Assembly (NCBI GenBank): GCA_013151415.1
Contig: JAADII010000116.1
Location: 24,512 to 88,511 of the forward strand
Direction of reading: 5' to 3'
DNA from: Chloroflexota bacterium
GTDB taxonomy: Bacteria > Chloroflexota > Anaerolineae > J102
DNA length: 64,000 nt
The notes beneath the pieces are model-generated. The model had not been told where the DNA came from and searched no databases. It saw only the letters and a list, made by a program, of their open reading frames with translations. The translations under genes and the position numbers were made by a program. How positions within the stretch are numbered: position 1 is the first letter of the stretch; each line of letters starts with the position of its first letter. This document shows, in pieces, positions 17,975-27,425 of the stretch.

Positions 17975-19246
17975 TCAACGGCAATTGCGCGGCTTTTGCG
18001 GCGATTTGAGAATGGTGGGTTTATCCCAGATATGAAGGATGCCGTTTTGTATCGCGTCCATGCGAGGCAGCAACACGGCCGCGCCTTGAGGCGTGGTCCA
18101 ACTATCGGTCTCCTTGAAACCAATGACGAAGCCGTGCGCCTTGTCCGGATCGACCTGAAGCCCCAAGCGCGCCAGCGTGATGATGTCGGTGAAACCCAAA
18201 TCGGTTTCGATAGCGCCTCTGAGCGCATCGTAGAGCGCGGGAAGGCGAGTGATGACATTGATCTCTCGAGCGCGATTGCGCACGGCAATGAGCACGCGTT
18301 GCTGACGTCGCGCTCGGTCTACGTCGCTGGTGGATTTGCGTTCGCGCACATATCGTAGCGCGAAAAGGCCATCCATGTGATACTCGCCCGGCTCCAAGGT
18401 TTGCCACACCAGTTCCTTGCTGCCAGGCTCGCGCGGAAAACGGCCGCTAATGGGGCAATCCACTTTGACATCAATGCCGCCCAATGCATCGATCACATCT
18501 TGGAAGCTTTTGAAATCGATCTTGACGTAATTGTCGATGCGAATGCCGAAGTTTTGCGCCAGCGTTTCTTCGAGCAAACCCACGCCGCCGCTTTTGTAGT
18601 CATAGAGCTCGCCAAAGAAGGTGGCGGTGTTGATGCGATTCTCTCCCACTGTGGGGATTTTCACCCACAGGTCGCGAGGGAACGAGATCACTCCCACCTC
18701 TTTGCGCGCGAAGTCTACGGCTACGACCATGATCACATCCGAACGCCAGGGTTGCCCTTCGACGCGTTCGTCTGAGCCGAGCACCAATATATTGAGGGTG
18801 TGGTCGATGCCTAAAGGACGGTCTTCTGCTGTGGGGGTGGGTTCGACCACAGCCACTGTGGCGGGATTGGCCGTGGGCGAGGGTTCGATCAGGGCGACGG
18901 TCGCGACCGCGGGCGGCTCGGCCGCGGTTGGGGTGGGCGGCTGCGACGGCGGCGTGGCTGTGGTTTCGTCTATGGCCGCCGGGGGCGGAGGCGGGTTTGG
19001 AGGAACCTTGATGCGCACAGGAGTGCGCGGGGGCGTGGGGTTGGGGTATGCTTGTTCTATCTGGCCATCCTCGGTCCCGGCCGAGGCGTCCGCCGCCGGT
19101 GAATTGGATGTTGCTCCCGGGATGGGCACAGGCGCGCTGGCTGGCGTGACCGAGGGTTGCGGGATGAGTAGCATCCCGCCAGGCGCCGCGTTGCACGCAG
19201 CCAACAGCAGGAGAAGGGGGAAAAGATAAATTATCGAGCGGCGCAT
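17975..19246 (-). CDS. LCP family (LytR-CpsA-Psr) protein, tandem paralog
   Basis: Signal/lipobox-like MRRSIIYLFPLLLLLAACNA, a P-rich linker, then ILVLGSDERVEGQPWRSDVIMVVAVD and GVISFPRDLW. Confidence 0.75.
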   Translation of the reverse strand: MRRSIIYLFPLLLLLAACNAAPGGMLLIPQPSVTPASAPVPIPGATSNSPAADASAGTEDGQIEQAYPNPTPPRTPVRIKVPPNPPPPPAAIDETTATPPSQPPTPTAAEPPAVATVALIEPSPTANPATVAVVEPTPTAEDRPLGIDHTLNILVLGSDERVEGQPWRSDVIMVVAVDFARKEVGVISFPRDLWVKIPTVGENRINTATFFGELYDYKSGGVGLLEETLAQNFGIRIDNYVKIDFKSFQDVIDALGGIDVKVDCPISGRFPREPGSKELVWQTLEPGEYHMDGLFALRYVRERKSTSDVDRARRQQRVLIAVRNRAREINVITRLPALYDALRGAIETDLGFTDIITLARLGLQVDPDKAHGFVIGFKETDSWTTPQGAAVLLPRMDAIQNGILHIWDKPTILKSPQKPRNCR

Positions 19247-19352
19247 TGGCGGAGCACCTTTCTGGTTGGAAAATGACGTCCAATGTCCGGAGCCCGAAGC
19301 TCAGACGAGGAGGTCTCGGGACGATAAGACAGTGGTCGTTTGGTTTATGGTC

Positions 19353-20288
19353 TTATGTTGATCGACGTAGGCCATTTTCATCGCTATCGGCCGATGGTCG
19401 TCCGTGTCGCAAGCATTCGAGAATGGCGGGTGCGATGCCGGTGAGGTCGTTCACCTGACGAAAGTGACGCGCGCCAGGCCCCCAAACGATGAGCGGCGCG
19501 GGATTGTAGGTGTGTCCTTTCGTGCTGGGGTCTTCCAGATTGCCGTGATCGGAGGTGATAAGCAATGTCGCCTGGGGTGGCAGCGTTTCCAAAAGGCCGC
19601 CGAGCATGGCGTCGATGCGTTGCAGGGTTTCGACCGGCGACCAGGCGATGCGACGATGACCGCATAGATCGGGAAGGAAGGTTTCCCAAAGCGTGAGATC
19701 ATGACGCGCGGCGAGCCGCGCCAGCCGCTGACCCGCCCTTTCGGGTGCGACGTAAGGCAATTCGGGCGCATAGGATGCGCGAGCCAATTCATGGGTGATG
19801 TCCCAATAAACAGCGCGGCCGCGAGCGAGGTCATCGAAATCGCGAAATCGCAGCCCCGCGGCCATGTTGGCCCATGTTGTGGCCGAATGACGATTGCGTC
19901 GATTCGCGCGCGTCCAATAATAGGGGCTGTAGGCATTGGCGAATGTCACGCGGAAACCGCTTTCTTTCGCCTTTTTAAGAAAACTATGCTTGGCAATGGT
20001 ATCACGTAACGCCCGAGTTGGAAAAGCGCTAATGTGCATGCCCTCGAGTTGAGGCCCATTGACGCCTGTAAAGAGCGTGGTTTGGCCAGTGGCGCTTTGG
20101 GGCAAGCCCTCTACGCCGAGACAAGCGTCGATGCCGCGAAAGAGGTGGTCCGCGCGGTCGATTTCATGCTCGGCCGTTAGCGGGCCGCCGCAGAGGCGCT
20201 CGAGCGCAGGATATCGCGTCTTGGCAAAGGGATTGGAGGGATGATTGGGGCCAAGGCCGACGCCGTCTAAAAAGATGAAAAGGAGCAT
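19353..20288 (-). CDS. Alkaline-phosphatase-superfamily metalloenzyme-domain protein (cofactor-independent phosphoglycerate mutase / phosphopentomutase-like)
   Basis: Start set at MLLFIFLDGVGLG, 2 nt after the cinA stop. A C-terminal LLITSDHGN motif is typical of the AP-superfamily metal site. Confidence 0.55.
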   Translation of the reverse strand: MLLFIFLDGVGLGPNHPSNPFAKTRYPALERLCGGPLTAEHEIDRADHLFRGIDACLGVEGLPQSATGQTTLFTGVNGPQLEGMHISAFPTRALRDTIAKHSFLKKAKESGFRVTFANAYSPYYWTRANRRNRHSATTWANMAAGLRFRDFDDLARGRAVYWDITHELARASYAPELPYVAPERAGQRLARLAARHDLTLWETFLPDLCGHRRIAWSPVETLQRIDAMLGGLLETLPPQATLLITSDHGNLEDPSTKGHTYNPAPLIVWGPGARHFRQVNDLTGIAPAILECLRHGRPSADSDENGLRRST

Positions 20289-20290
20289 GT

Positions 20291-21529
20291 TCAGTCCTGA
20301 GTTGTCGGCTGCGGGCTTTTGATGGTCTTGTAAAGTCGCATCAGACTGCGAACAGCCAGCCAATTGGCGGTGAACTCATCAACGCCGCCAATTGGAAGAC
20401 GTTTGAGAATGAAATTATGGGGCGTGAGGATGGCCATCCAGGTGTGGCCTCGTTCTGACGACCAGAAACCCTGGTTGGGCTGGGCCGTGCCCAGCAGGGC
20501 CAACACATAATCCGCTGCCGTGCGTTCGCTGGCGGCTAACGCCACGCGACGAGCCGAGATTTCATCCGGGCCCAGGGGGCCTGGCGCGCCATATCGCTGC
20601 TCCAGTTTGGCATAATCCAGGGTGTGAAATGTTTCGGCCAGCACATCTTGCTCGGCCTGGCCAAAATAGCTGGCCGCGCGCCCCTGGCTGTTGGTCTCCA
20701 CCAGAGTCAACTTGGCCTCGCGCTTGCGCAGCTGGGCCGCAATGACGCTGCCCAATGTCTCGTGATCCACCCCATACACCCATGGCGCCAATCGCTCCTT
20801 GATTTCGTTTTCGACCGGCGCGATGAGGGCCAGGGCCCCTTCGCGAGTCGCGGCCCGCGCCGTGATGCGCACATCGACCCGACCCAAGTGCGCGGCGAGA
20901 CCCACTGTAGGGTTGGCCGCGCGCATCAGATGGCCAATACGCTCGTCGATGTCGCTTTCACCCAATCCCGCGGTGTGCACAGTGCGCGCTAGGATAACGG
21001 TTTTCTCGCCGCCCATTTTGGCCTGCAAATAGGGCAAAACATGGTCCGCCAACATGCGTTTCATTTCGCGCGGCACGCCCGGCATGCAGATAATGGCGGT
21101 GCGCTCTGTCTCGACAATGAAGCCAGGAGCGGTGCCAATGGGGTTGGAGAGCGCTATCGCGCCTTCAGGCAAATAGGTTTGGCGTAAGTTGTTTTCGGTC
21201 GGAGTCCGGCCCCAGGCGGCATACATGGCCCTGAGTTGCGCTTCCAATTCGGGCCGGGGCTTTAAGGGCCGTCCTGTCGCTTCGGCTACGGCTTCGCGGG
21301 TGATGTCGTCCACGGTGGGGCCGAGACCGCCAGTGACCAAAATAACGTCTGAACGACTCATGCCCAAGCGCAAGACTTGCGCCAGACGTTGACGATTGTC
21401 GCCCACGGTGGTCTTGTAATAGAGGTTGACGCCCGCATCTCTCAATGCGCGGGCAATGTAAGCGGCGTTGGTGTCTACAATTTCGCCGAGAAGGATTTCG
21501 GTGCCGGTGGTGACGATTTCAGCTTTCAT
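20291..21529 (-). CDS. cinA: CinA-family protein (MocF-like plus PncC-like nicotinamide-nucleotide amidohydrolase domains)
   Basis: MKAEIVTTGTEILLGEIVDTNAAYIARAL...VILVTGGLGPTVDDITREA, the canonical CinA N-terminus. Confidence 0.85.
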   Translation of the reverse strand: MKAEIVTTGTEILLGEIVDTNAAYIARALRDAGVNLYYKTTVGDNRQRLAQVLRLGMSRSDVILVTGGLGPTVDDITREAVAEATGRPLKPRPELEAQLRAMYAAWGRTPTENNLRQTYLPEGAIALSNPIGTAPGFIVETERTAIICMPGVPREMKRMLADHVLPYLQAKMGGEKTVILARTVHTAGLGESDIDERIGHLMRAANPTVGLAAHLGRVDVRITARAATREGALALIAPVENEIKERLAPWVYGVDHETLGSVIAAQLRKREAKLTLVETNSQGRAASYFGQAEQDVLAETFHTLDYAKLEQRYGAPGPLGPDEISARRVALAASERTAADYVLALLGTAQPNQGFWSSERGHTWMAILTPHNFILKRLPIGGVDEFTANWLAVRSLMRLYKTIKSPQPTTQD

Positions 21530-22671
21530 GGCGCGTGCGAGGCGCGATGGTAGTCGTCAATGGTTTCTTGATAGATGCCAAGCAGCCGTTGCGTAAGCAC
21601 TGGCACGCTAAAACGCTCCGCGTTGGCCCGCGCAGCCCGTCCCATGGCCCTGGCTCGACCCGGATTGCGCACCAAAAGCAAGATGTTCTCAGCAAATTCG
21701 ATCTCGTCTTCCACCGAAACCAGACAATCGACCCCGGGCCGCGCGCTTTCGAGCAACGCCACGCTGTTCACCAACACCAGGGGCAGGCCCGCGGCCATGG
21801 CTTCAAGCACCACCAGCCCCTGCGTTTCGGTGGTCGAGGCGAAGACGAAAATGTCGCTGGTGAGCAATTCTCTCGGCACCTGATCGAAAGGCACAGGCCC
21901 CAAAAAGTTTACGCGCGCGGCGACGCCAAGGCTCTCGGCATATTTTCCCAGCGCGCCCAATTCGGGACCGCCGCCCACCACCTTCAAATGGAGAGCCGGG
22001 TCTTCGGCCGCGGCGCGGGCGAACGCGCGCAAAAGGAAATCGAGATTTTTCTCTTTGGCCACCCGGCCCACATAAACCAGTTGTTTGCGCTTATCGTTGA
22101 TCAAAGGCGGATGCTGACGCGGGGGAAAGACCGACAAATCCACCGGCGTGGGCAAGATGTCTACAGGCCGTTCGATGCGATATTCGGGCAAAAGCTCCAG
22201 CACTCGAGCCGAAGGCGCGATGATGCGATGCGCCTGGTTGGCGTAGTCCCCCACCAAACGCTTGGTCAAGCGTTTGGCGATGTCGGTTTCGAACCCCACA
22301 TAATGGGTGTATTCGTGATAAAGGGTGTGAAAGGTGAAAACAAGTGGAATGCCCAACGCCTGACTAAAATTGACGGCCTCTTTGCCAAGAATAAAAGGAT
22401 GATGCGCGTGGAGCACCTGTAGTTTGAGTCGCGGCACCAGCCATGTGATTTGGGGCGCCATCACCACGGGAAAGGTGTAATCCATGCGCAGCGGCACGGC
22501 TGGGTAACGAAAGATGAACGGCTCGTCATCTTCGTACCCGCGACCTTCGGGCGCGAACAAAGCCACAAAATGTCCAGCCTCCTCCAGCCCTTTGCGATAA
22601 AGGCTGATGGAGCGCACAACGCCGCTGATTATGGGCTTGTAGGCGTTGCTGAACATGCCGATGCGCATCAT
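21526..22671 (-). CDS. Glycosyltransferase family 4 (GT-B, group 1)
   Basis: MRIGMFSNAYKPIISGV N-terminus and a C-terminal E..G....EAMAAGLP.V nucleotide-sugar-binding motif (ETQGLVVLEAMAAGLPLV). It overlaps cinA by 4 nt. Confidence 0.8.
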   Translation of the reverse strand: MMRIGMFSNAYKPIISGVVRSISLYRKGLEEAGHFVALFAPEGRGYEDDEPFIFRYPAVPLRMDYTFPVVMAPQITWLVPRLKLQVLHAHHPFILGKEAVNFSQALGIPLVFTFHTLYHEYTHYVGFETDIAKRLTKRLVGDYANQAHRIIAPSARVLELLPEYRIERPVDILPTPVDLSVFPPRQHPPLINDKRKQLVYVGRVAKEKNLDFLLRAFARAAAEDPALHLKVVGGGPELGALGKYAESLGVAARVNFLGPVPFDQVPRELLTSDIFVFASTTETQGLVVLEAMAAGLPLVLVNSVALLESARPGVDCLVSVEDEIEFAENILLLVRNPGRARAMGRAARANAERFSVPVLTQRLLGIYQETIDDYHRASHAP

Positions 22672-22740
22672 GAGTCGTGTTCTTGATGGTTGGAAAAGGG
22701 CGAGAGTGGGTGATGAGCAACGCGGCTTACGCGCTGCGAC

Positions 22741-24075
22741 TCACACGCCCAGTTGGGCCAGGGTGAGCACATTGCGCAGATGACGGGCTACGGCTTTCTG
22801 GTTTTCGTCATCGGCCGCTTGTTTCTCAATGGCCTCGATGCTCTCTCGCAAGAAATCTAGAAATTCCGGCGTGATCTCCTCTTTGTGCTCCTGCAACACG
22901 GCCTTGACCCCCTGTGGATATTCAGCTTCGGTGAGCAGGTAGAGCAAGCGAATTTCAGGCGGGATCGCTTGCTCCATCGTCTCGGTAATGATGCGCCACA
23001 GTTCTTTCAAACGCTCGCTCGCCGCCGTGGCTCCTCGTTGCTGAGCTTCTTCGATATTGGCCAGGAGCACGGTCATTACGGTTTGGTCAATGTAAGGCAG
23101 CATTTCGCGCACGGCCTTTTCCATGTCCGGTGCCGCGAGAAGCGTTTGCAAAACCTGGTTTGCTTCGGCCAAGACCTGTTGGTCGGCCGCCTGCAAGATG
23201 TTGAGCACCTCGAGAATGCGCTCCCGTTTGGCCTCTTGCGCTTCGCGTTCGTCAGGCGGCAAAGCCTCGATGCGTTCGGCCAGCTCGAGGAAGAATGAGT
23301 AATCCATCAAGGGACGGGCGGCTACGGCGATGGCCTCGGCTTCATCCATATCGGCTTTGAGAATGGCCTCGAGCACAGAGCGACGAGTGGGGCGCTCGCC
23401 CAGGCGCTCCACGGCCTGACGCTGCTTGAGCACCTTGCGCCCAAATTCGGTGATGGGCAAGAGCCGCTCTTCCAACTCGGCCAGTGATTTGGCGGCCTCC
23501 TCCCGCGCTTCGGCCTGGGCCGAAAGCTGAAAACTGCGCAGGATGCGGAAAAACTCTTCGTCGAGCAGTGCTTCGTTTTCCTTGACCGTGACATTGAAAG
23601 CGATGCCGTCGTTTTGAATGCGGGCCAGTTCCTCCACTAACTGCGCCTTTTTACGGCTGGCCTCCAACATTTCGGGCGTGACCCCCTCGAAGCCCAAAAG
23701 CTTTTCGAGAAGGCTGTCCATGGTGAGAAATTGCTGCGGGGTCAGCATGTAGCCGCGACGTTTTTCCGCAGGCAGCGAATCCATAAGCGCCTTGGTCAGG
23801 TCGCCGATGAGCTTCTGGCGTTGATTTTCAGAGAGGTTTAATTGCGGTGGGATGAATACGGCCAGAAACTCATGTTCGGGATCATGATAGAGCAAAGGCG
23901 CAGCCACATAATTGACCTGTCTGCAATGAGGGCACTGGCTGGCGTTGAGCTGACCGGCCAGGACCACTTGTTTGAGCTCGGGGGTTTCCCCCACGTCTAC
24001 GACATGAAAAATGGGCGCTTGATACTGCGCGCCGCAATGTGGGCAGGGAATGGTGGTCGTGGTAGGAGGGAGCAT
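22741..24075 (-). CDS. CpXC-domain protein (N-terminal Cys4 zinc ribbon) with a long alpha-helical repeat region
   Basis: CPHCG...18 aa...CPHC zinc ribbon (CpXC-like), followed by about 330 aa of Glu/Leu/Ala-rich helical repeats. Confidence 0.5.
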   Translation of the reverse strand: MLPPTTTTIPCPHCGAQYQAPIFHVVDVGETPELKQVVLAGQLNASQCPHCRQVNYVAAPLLYHDPEHEFLAVFIPPQLNLSENQRQKLIGDLTKALMDSLPAEKRRGYMLTPQQFLTMDSLLEKLLGFEGVTPEMLEASRKKAQLVEELARIQNDGIAFNVTVKENEALLDEEFFRILRSFQLSAQAEAREEAAKSLAELEERLLPITEFGRKVLKQRQAVERLGERPTRRSVLEAILKADMDEAEAIAVAARPLMDYSFFLELAERIEALPPDEREAQEAKRERILEVLNILQAADQQVLAEANQVLQTLLAAPDMEKAVREMLPYIDQTVMTVLLANIEEAQQRGATAASERLKELWRIITETMEQAIPPEIRLLYLLTEAEYPQGVKAVLQEHKEEITPEFLDFLRESIEAIEKQAADDENQKAVARHLRNVLTLAQLGV

Positions 24076-24159
24076 GAGGTTGGGTTGGGGTTAGAGTTGA
24101 AATCAAAGATGGGGGTTGAATTTAGCTGGTTTTGGCGTGGGCTTGGCTTCAAGCCGAGA

Positions 24160-24696
24160 CTAATCGGTGAGTTCGTTGTGTTCACGCGTTTCAAAATATT
24201 CGCGATAGAGTTGAGCGCGACGGCGATAGGTGGCCGCGCCGCGCGCGCCTTCGGCCCGGCCGGCTTCGTCCAACTCGCGCACGACGCGCGCGGGCGCGCC
24301 CATGGCCAGAGCGCCGGCGGGAATGCTGGCCCCCGGAGGAACCACCGCGCCCGCGGCCACAATCGCGCCAGCGCCAATATGCGCGCCATTGAGCACGGTG
24401 GCGTTCATGCCAATGAGCGCGCCGTCGTCGATGGTGCACCCATGCACCACCGCGGCGTGGCCAATGGTGACGTTGGCGCCGATGCGAGTGGGATAGCCCG
24501 GGTCTGCATGCACGACCACATTGTCCTGAATGTTGGTTCCTGGCCCCACCTCGATCTCGTCTGCGTCGCCGCGCAAAACAGCGCCGAACCAGATGCTGGC
24601 TTCGGCGCCGATGGTGACGTGGCCGATGACGGTGGCGGTGGGGGCGATGAATGCAGTGGGATGAATTCTGTCAGGTTGATGAGTGATAGCGTCCAC
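24160..24696 (-). CDS. Gamma-class carbonic anhydrase family / hexapeptide-repeat protein (PaaY/YrdA-like)
   Basis: IHPTAFIAPTATVIGHVTIGAEASIWFGAVLRGD plus left-handed beta-helix hexapeptide repeats and a conserved His triad context. Confidence 0.8.
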   Translation of the reverse strand: MDAITHQPDRIHPTAFIAPTATVIGHVTIGAEASIWFGAVLRGDADEIEVGPGTNIQDNVVVHADPGYPTRIGANVTIGHAAVVHGCTIDDGALIGMNATVLNGAHIGAGAIVAAGAVVPPGASIPAGALAMGAPARVVRELDEAGRAEGARGAATYRRRAQLYREYFETREHNELTD

Positions 24697-25159
24697 GGCT
24701 GGTTGATTTGGTCCGTTGTCAGGTTTTCTGGTTTGTCCTCGCGGCGAGCGTCCCTGCCAGGGCGTGCGATCCCTGTCTTGGGTGGGGCGTTGCTCGTCGA
24801 AAGGATATCAACTTGAACACAATAACACATAAGTTTAGCACGAATGAGCCAATAGGGCCTAATCATGGCTTTCGCGAAAGGCGATGTTGGCCGCAATCCA
24901 TGAGTCGAGAAGCAAACAAGGGCGGGTGGAGCGGGCCTTTGGAAGAGCCCCGAATGAGGGAGCGCCGTTTCGACCAACGCGTTTTTGAAGGATGCGTCCG
25001 ATCCAGTACAATTGCATTATGGCGCAGGCGATGCAGTTGCTCACCTGGAATTTTCGCGCATCCTGAGAGTCCAAATCGAGACCACAACGACGCGGTGGAG
25101 TATGCCGAATGCCCCCATGACCATCATCACCTCTCCCATCGCTATGTGAAGGGCCATCC

Positions 25160-26023
25160 ATGAAACATCAATCTATTTTGAAGAAAGATCTCACCGAGAT
25201 TTTTGGCGAGCCGCCCGCTCGCATCGAGCCTTTGAGCGGCGGTTGCGTGGGCGAGGTGTATCGCGCGCAAATGCAAGACGGTCGGGCCTTTGTGGTGAAG
25301 GTGGACCAAAGCCAAACGCCGGTGTTGGCGCGCGAAGCGTTCATGCTACGTTATTTGCTCGAGCGTAGCGAACTCCCGGTTCCGCAAGTGATCCATGATT
25401 CTCCACGGCTGTTGGTGATGGAGTTTTTGCCGGGAAGCAGCCATTTTTCTCGGGCCGCACAGCAACACGCGGCCGATCTGTTGGCTGCATTGCACGCCAT
25501 CTCCGCGCCGGCGTTTGGTTTGGAGCAAGACACCCTTATCGGCGGTCTGCATCAACCCAACCCCTGGACCGCCTCCTGGCTCGATTTCTTCCGCGAAAAC
25601 CGCTTGCTTTTCATGGCGCGTGAAGCTTTGAACGCGGGGCGCTTGCCCGCCCGCATCTATGCTCGGGTGGAGAAATTGGCCGGGCGTTTGGAACGATGGT
25701 TAGAGCCGCCCGACAAACCCTCTCTCATCCACGGCGATGTTTGGACGACCAATGTGCTGGCCCAAGGCGACCGAATCACCGGCTTTCTCGATCCGGCCAT
25801 TTACTACGCTCATCCAGAGATCGAACTGGCGTTCATCACCCTGTTTCACACCTTCGATGAAGCGTTTTTTCATCATTATGCAGAACAACGCCCCATTGCG
25901 CCGGGTTTTTGGGAAGCGCGACGCGATCTATACAATCTGTATCCCCTCTTGGTTCATGTGCGTCTTTTTGGCGGGGGCTATGTGGGCTCGGTGGAGCGAA
26001 TTCTGGCGCGCTTTGGGGTCTGA
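25160..26023 (+). CDS. Fructosamine/ketosamine kinase family protein (APH-like fold)
   Basis: Catalytic-loop motif LIHGDVWTTNVL and the overall length and pattern of fructosamine-3-kinase relatives. Confidence 0.7.
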   Translation: MKHQSILKKDLTEIFGEPPARIEPLSGGCVGEVYRAQMQDGRAFVVKVDQSQTPVLAREAFMLRYLLERSELPVPQVIHDSPRLLVMEFLPGSSHFSRAAQQHAADLLAALHAISAPAFGLEQDTLIGGLHQPNPWTASWLDFFRENRLLFMAREALNAGRLPARIYARVEKLAGRLERWLEPPDKPSLIHGDVWTTNVLAQGDRITGFLDPAIYYAHPEIELAFITLFHTFDEAFFHHYAEQRPIAPGFWEARRDLYNLYPLLVHVRLFGGGYVGSVERILARFGV

Positions 26024-26098
26024 AATCTGTTTTGGAAGCGCATCGTCCCTGATAATGCAACCGGCCACAGGTTTCGTGGCCGGTTGCTAACTTTTGTT

Positions 26099-27388
26099 TT
26101 AGGCCGCCGAAGCGAACGCGCGCGCAGCCGCCTCGAGGGTGGCGTCGATTTCCGCTTCGTTGTGCGCGGTGGAGAGAAAGCCCGACTCGAACTGGGACGG
26201 CGCCAGATAGACCCCTTGCGCCAGCATTTCCTGGAAATAGACCGCGAAACGTTGGCCATCCGCGCGCGCGGCCGAATCCCAATCGGTGACCGGCTCGGAC
26301 GCGAAGAACACGCCGAACATGCTACCCAGGCGTTGCGCGACGATGTCCACGCCCGCGGCCCGCGCGGCCTCTTCCAATCCGGATATCAAACGCGTCCCCA
26401 CCCGCTCGTAGTGAGCCCAGGCGTCGGGAGATCGCAACTGTTTCAAGGTGGCGATGCCCGCGCTCATGGCCAGGGGATTGCCCGAAAGCGTGCCCGCCTG
26501 ATAGACCGGCCCGGCCGGCGCGACCATTTCCATGATCTCGCGGCGACCGCCATACGCGCCCACGGGCAGACCGCCGCCGATGACTTTGCCCAATGTGGTC
26601 AGATCGGGCTTCACATCATAGAGCGCCTGCGCGCCGCCCGGATGCACGCGAAAGCCGGTCATGACCTCGTCGAAGATGAGCAACGCTTCGTGCGCGGCCG
26701 TGATCTCGCGCAGACCCGGCAAGAAATCGGGCTTGGGCGGGATCATGCCCATGTTGCCCGCGACCGGCTCGACAATGACCGCGGCGATGTCACGTGGGTG
26801 CTGATCGAAAAGCTGCGCCACCGAATCGAGATCGTTGAAGCGCGCGAGCAACGTGTCTGCGACCGTGGCCGGCGGCACGCCCGGCGAATCGGGCAGGCCC
26901 AGCGTGGCCACGCCCGAACCGGCCTTCACCAATAGCATGTCGGCATGGCCGTGGTAATTGCCCACGAATTTCACGATCTTGTGGCGACCGGTGAACGCGC
27001 GCGCCAGGCGCAGCGCGCTCATCACAGCCTCGGTGCCCGAATTGACGAAACGCACCATCTCGATGTTGGGCATGAACGTGCGGATGAGTCGGGCCAGCTC
27101 GATTTCCAGGGGGCTGGGCGCGCCGAAGCTCGCGCCCCTGGCCGCGGCCTCCTGAATGGCCTGGGTCACCGCGGGGTGCGCGTGGCCCAGGGCCAGCGGC
27201 CCCCACGAAAGCACATAATCGATGTAACGATTGCCGTCCACATCGACCAGATACGCGCCTTCCCCCCGCTCGATGAACAACGGTTGACCGCCCACCGCGC
27301 GAAACGCGCGCACCGGCGAGCTTACGCCGCCCGGCATCAAAGTCTTTGCTTCGGCAAAAAGGGAGATGGAAGTGGAAATGGTGTTCAT
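26099..27388 (-). CDS. hemL: Glutamate-1-semialdehyde 2,1-aminomutase
   Basis: [21 protein letters not shown]...YIDYV and a PLP-lysine region, over full length. Confidence 0.95.
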   Translation of the reverse strand: MNTISTSISLFAEAKTLMPGGVSSPVRAFRAVGGQPLFIERGEGAYLVDVDGNRYIDYVLSWGPLALGHAHPAVTQAIQEAAARGASFGAPSPLEIELARLIRTFMPNIEMVRFVNSGTEAVMSALRLARAFTGRHKIVKFVGNYHGHADMLLVKAGSGVATLGLPDSPGVPPATVADTLLARFNDLDSVAQLFDQHPRDIAAVIVEPVAGNMGMIPPKPDFLPGLREITAAHEALLIFDEVMTGFRVHPGGAQALYDVKPDLTTLGKVIGGGLPVGAYGGRREIMEMVAPAGPVYQAGTLSGNPLAMSAGIATLKQLRSPDAWAHYERVGTRLISGLEEAARAAGVDIVAQRLGSMFGVFFASEPVTDWDSAARADGQRFAVYFQEMLAQGVYLAPSQFESGFLSTAHNEAEIDATLEAAARAFASAA

Positions 27389-27394
27389 GGTTTC

Positions 27395-27418
27395 AGTTCA
27401 CCGTTCACAGTTCAGAGT
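27395..27418 (-). promoter_or_regulatory. 24-nt conserved intergenic motif ACTCTGAACTGTGAACGGTGAACT (copy 1 of 2) in the hemE-hemL spacer, sense orientation on the minus strand
   Basis: Plus strand reads agttcaccgttcacagttcagagt. Its reverse complement matches the nuoH-nuoI spacer motif at 22/24 positions. Confidence 0.6.
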
Positions 27419-27425
27419 TGGCGGT

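Noticed and set aside
24697-25159. 463-bp divergent intergenic region between the gamma-CA-like gene and the fructosamine kinase, with track ORFs 24708..25163(+) and 24859..25161(-)
   Set aside because: No domain, motif or coding-like composition could be recognised. A scan by eye for tRNA, RNase P or 6S-like signatures found nothing. Treated as a regulatory region only.
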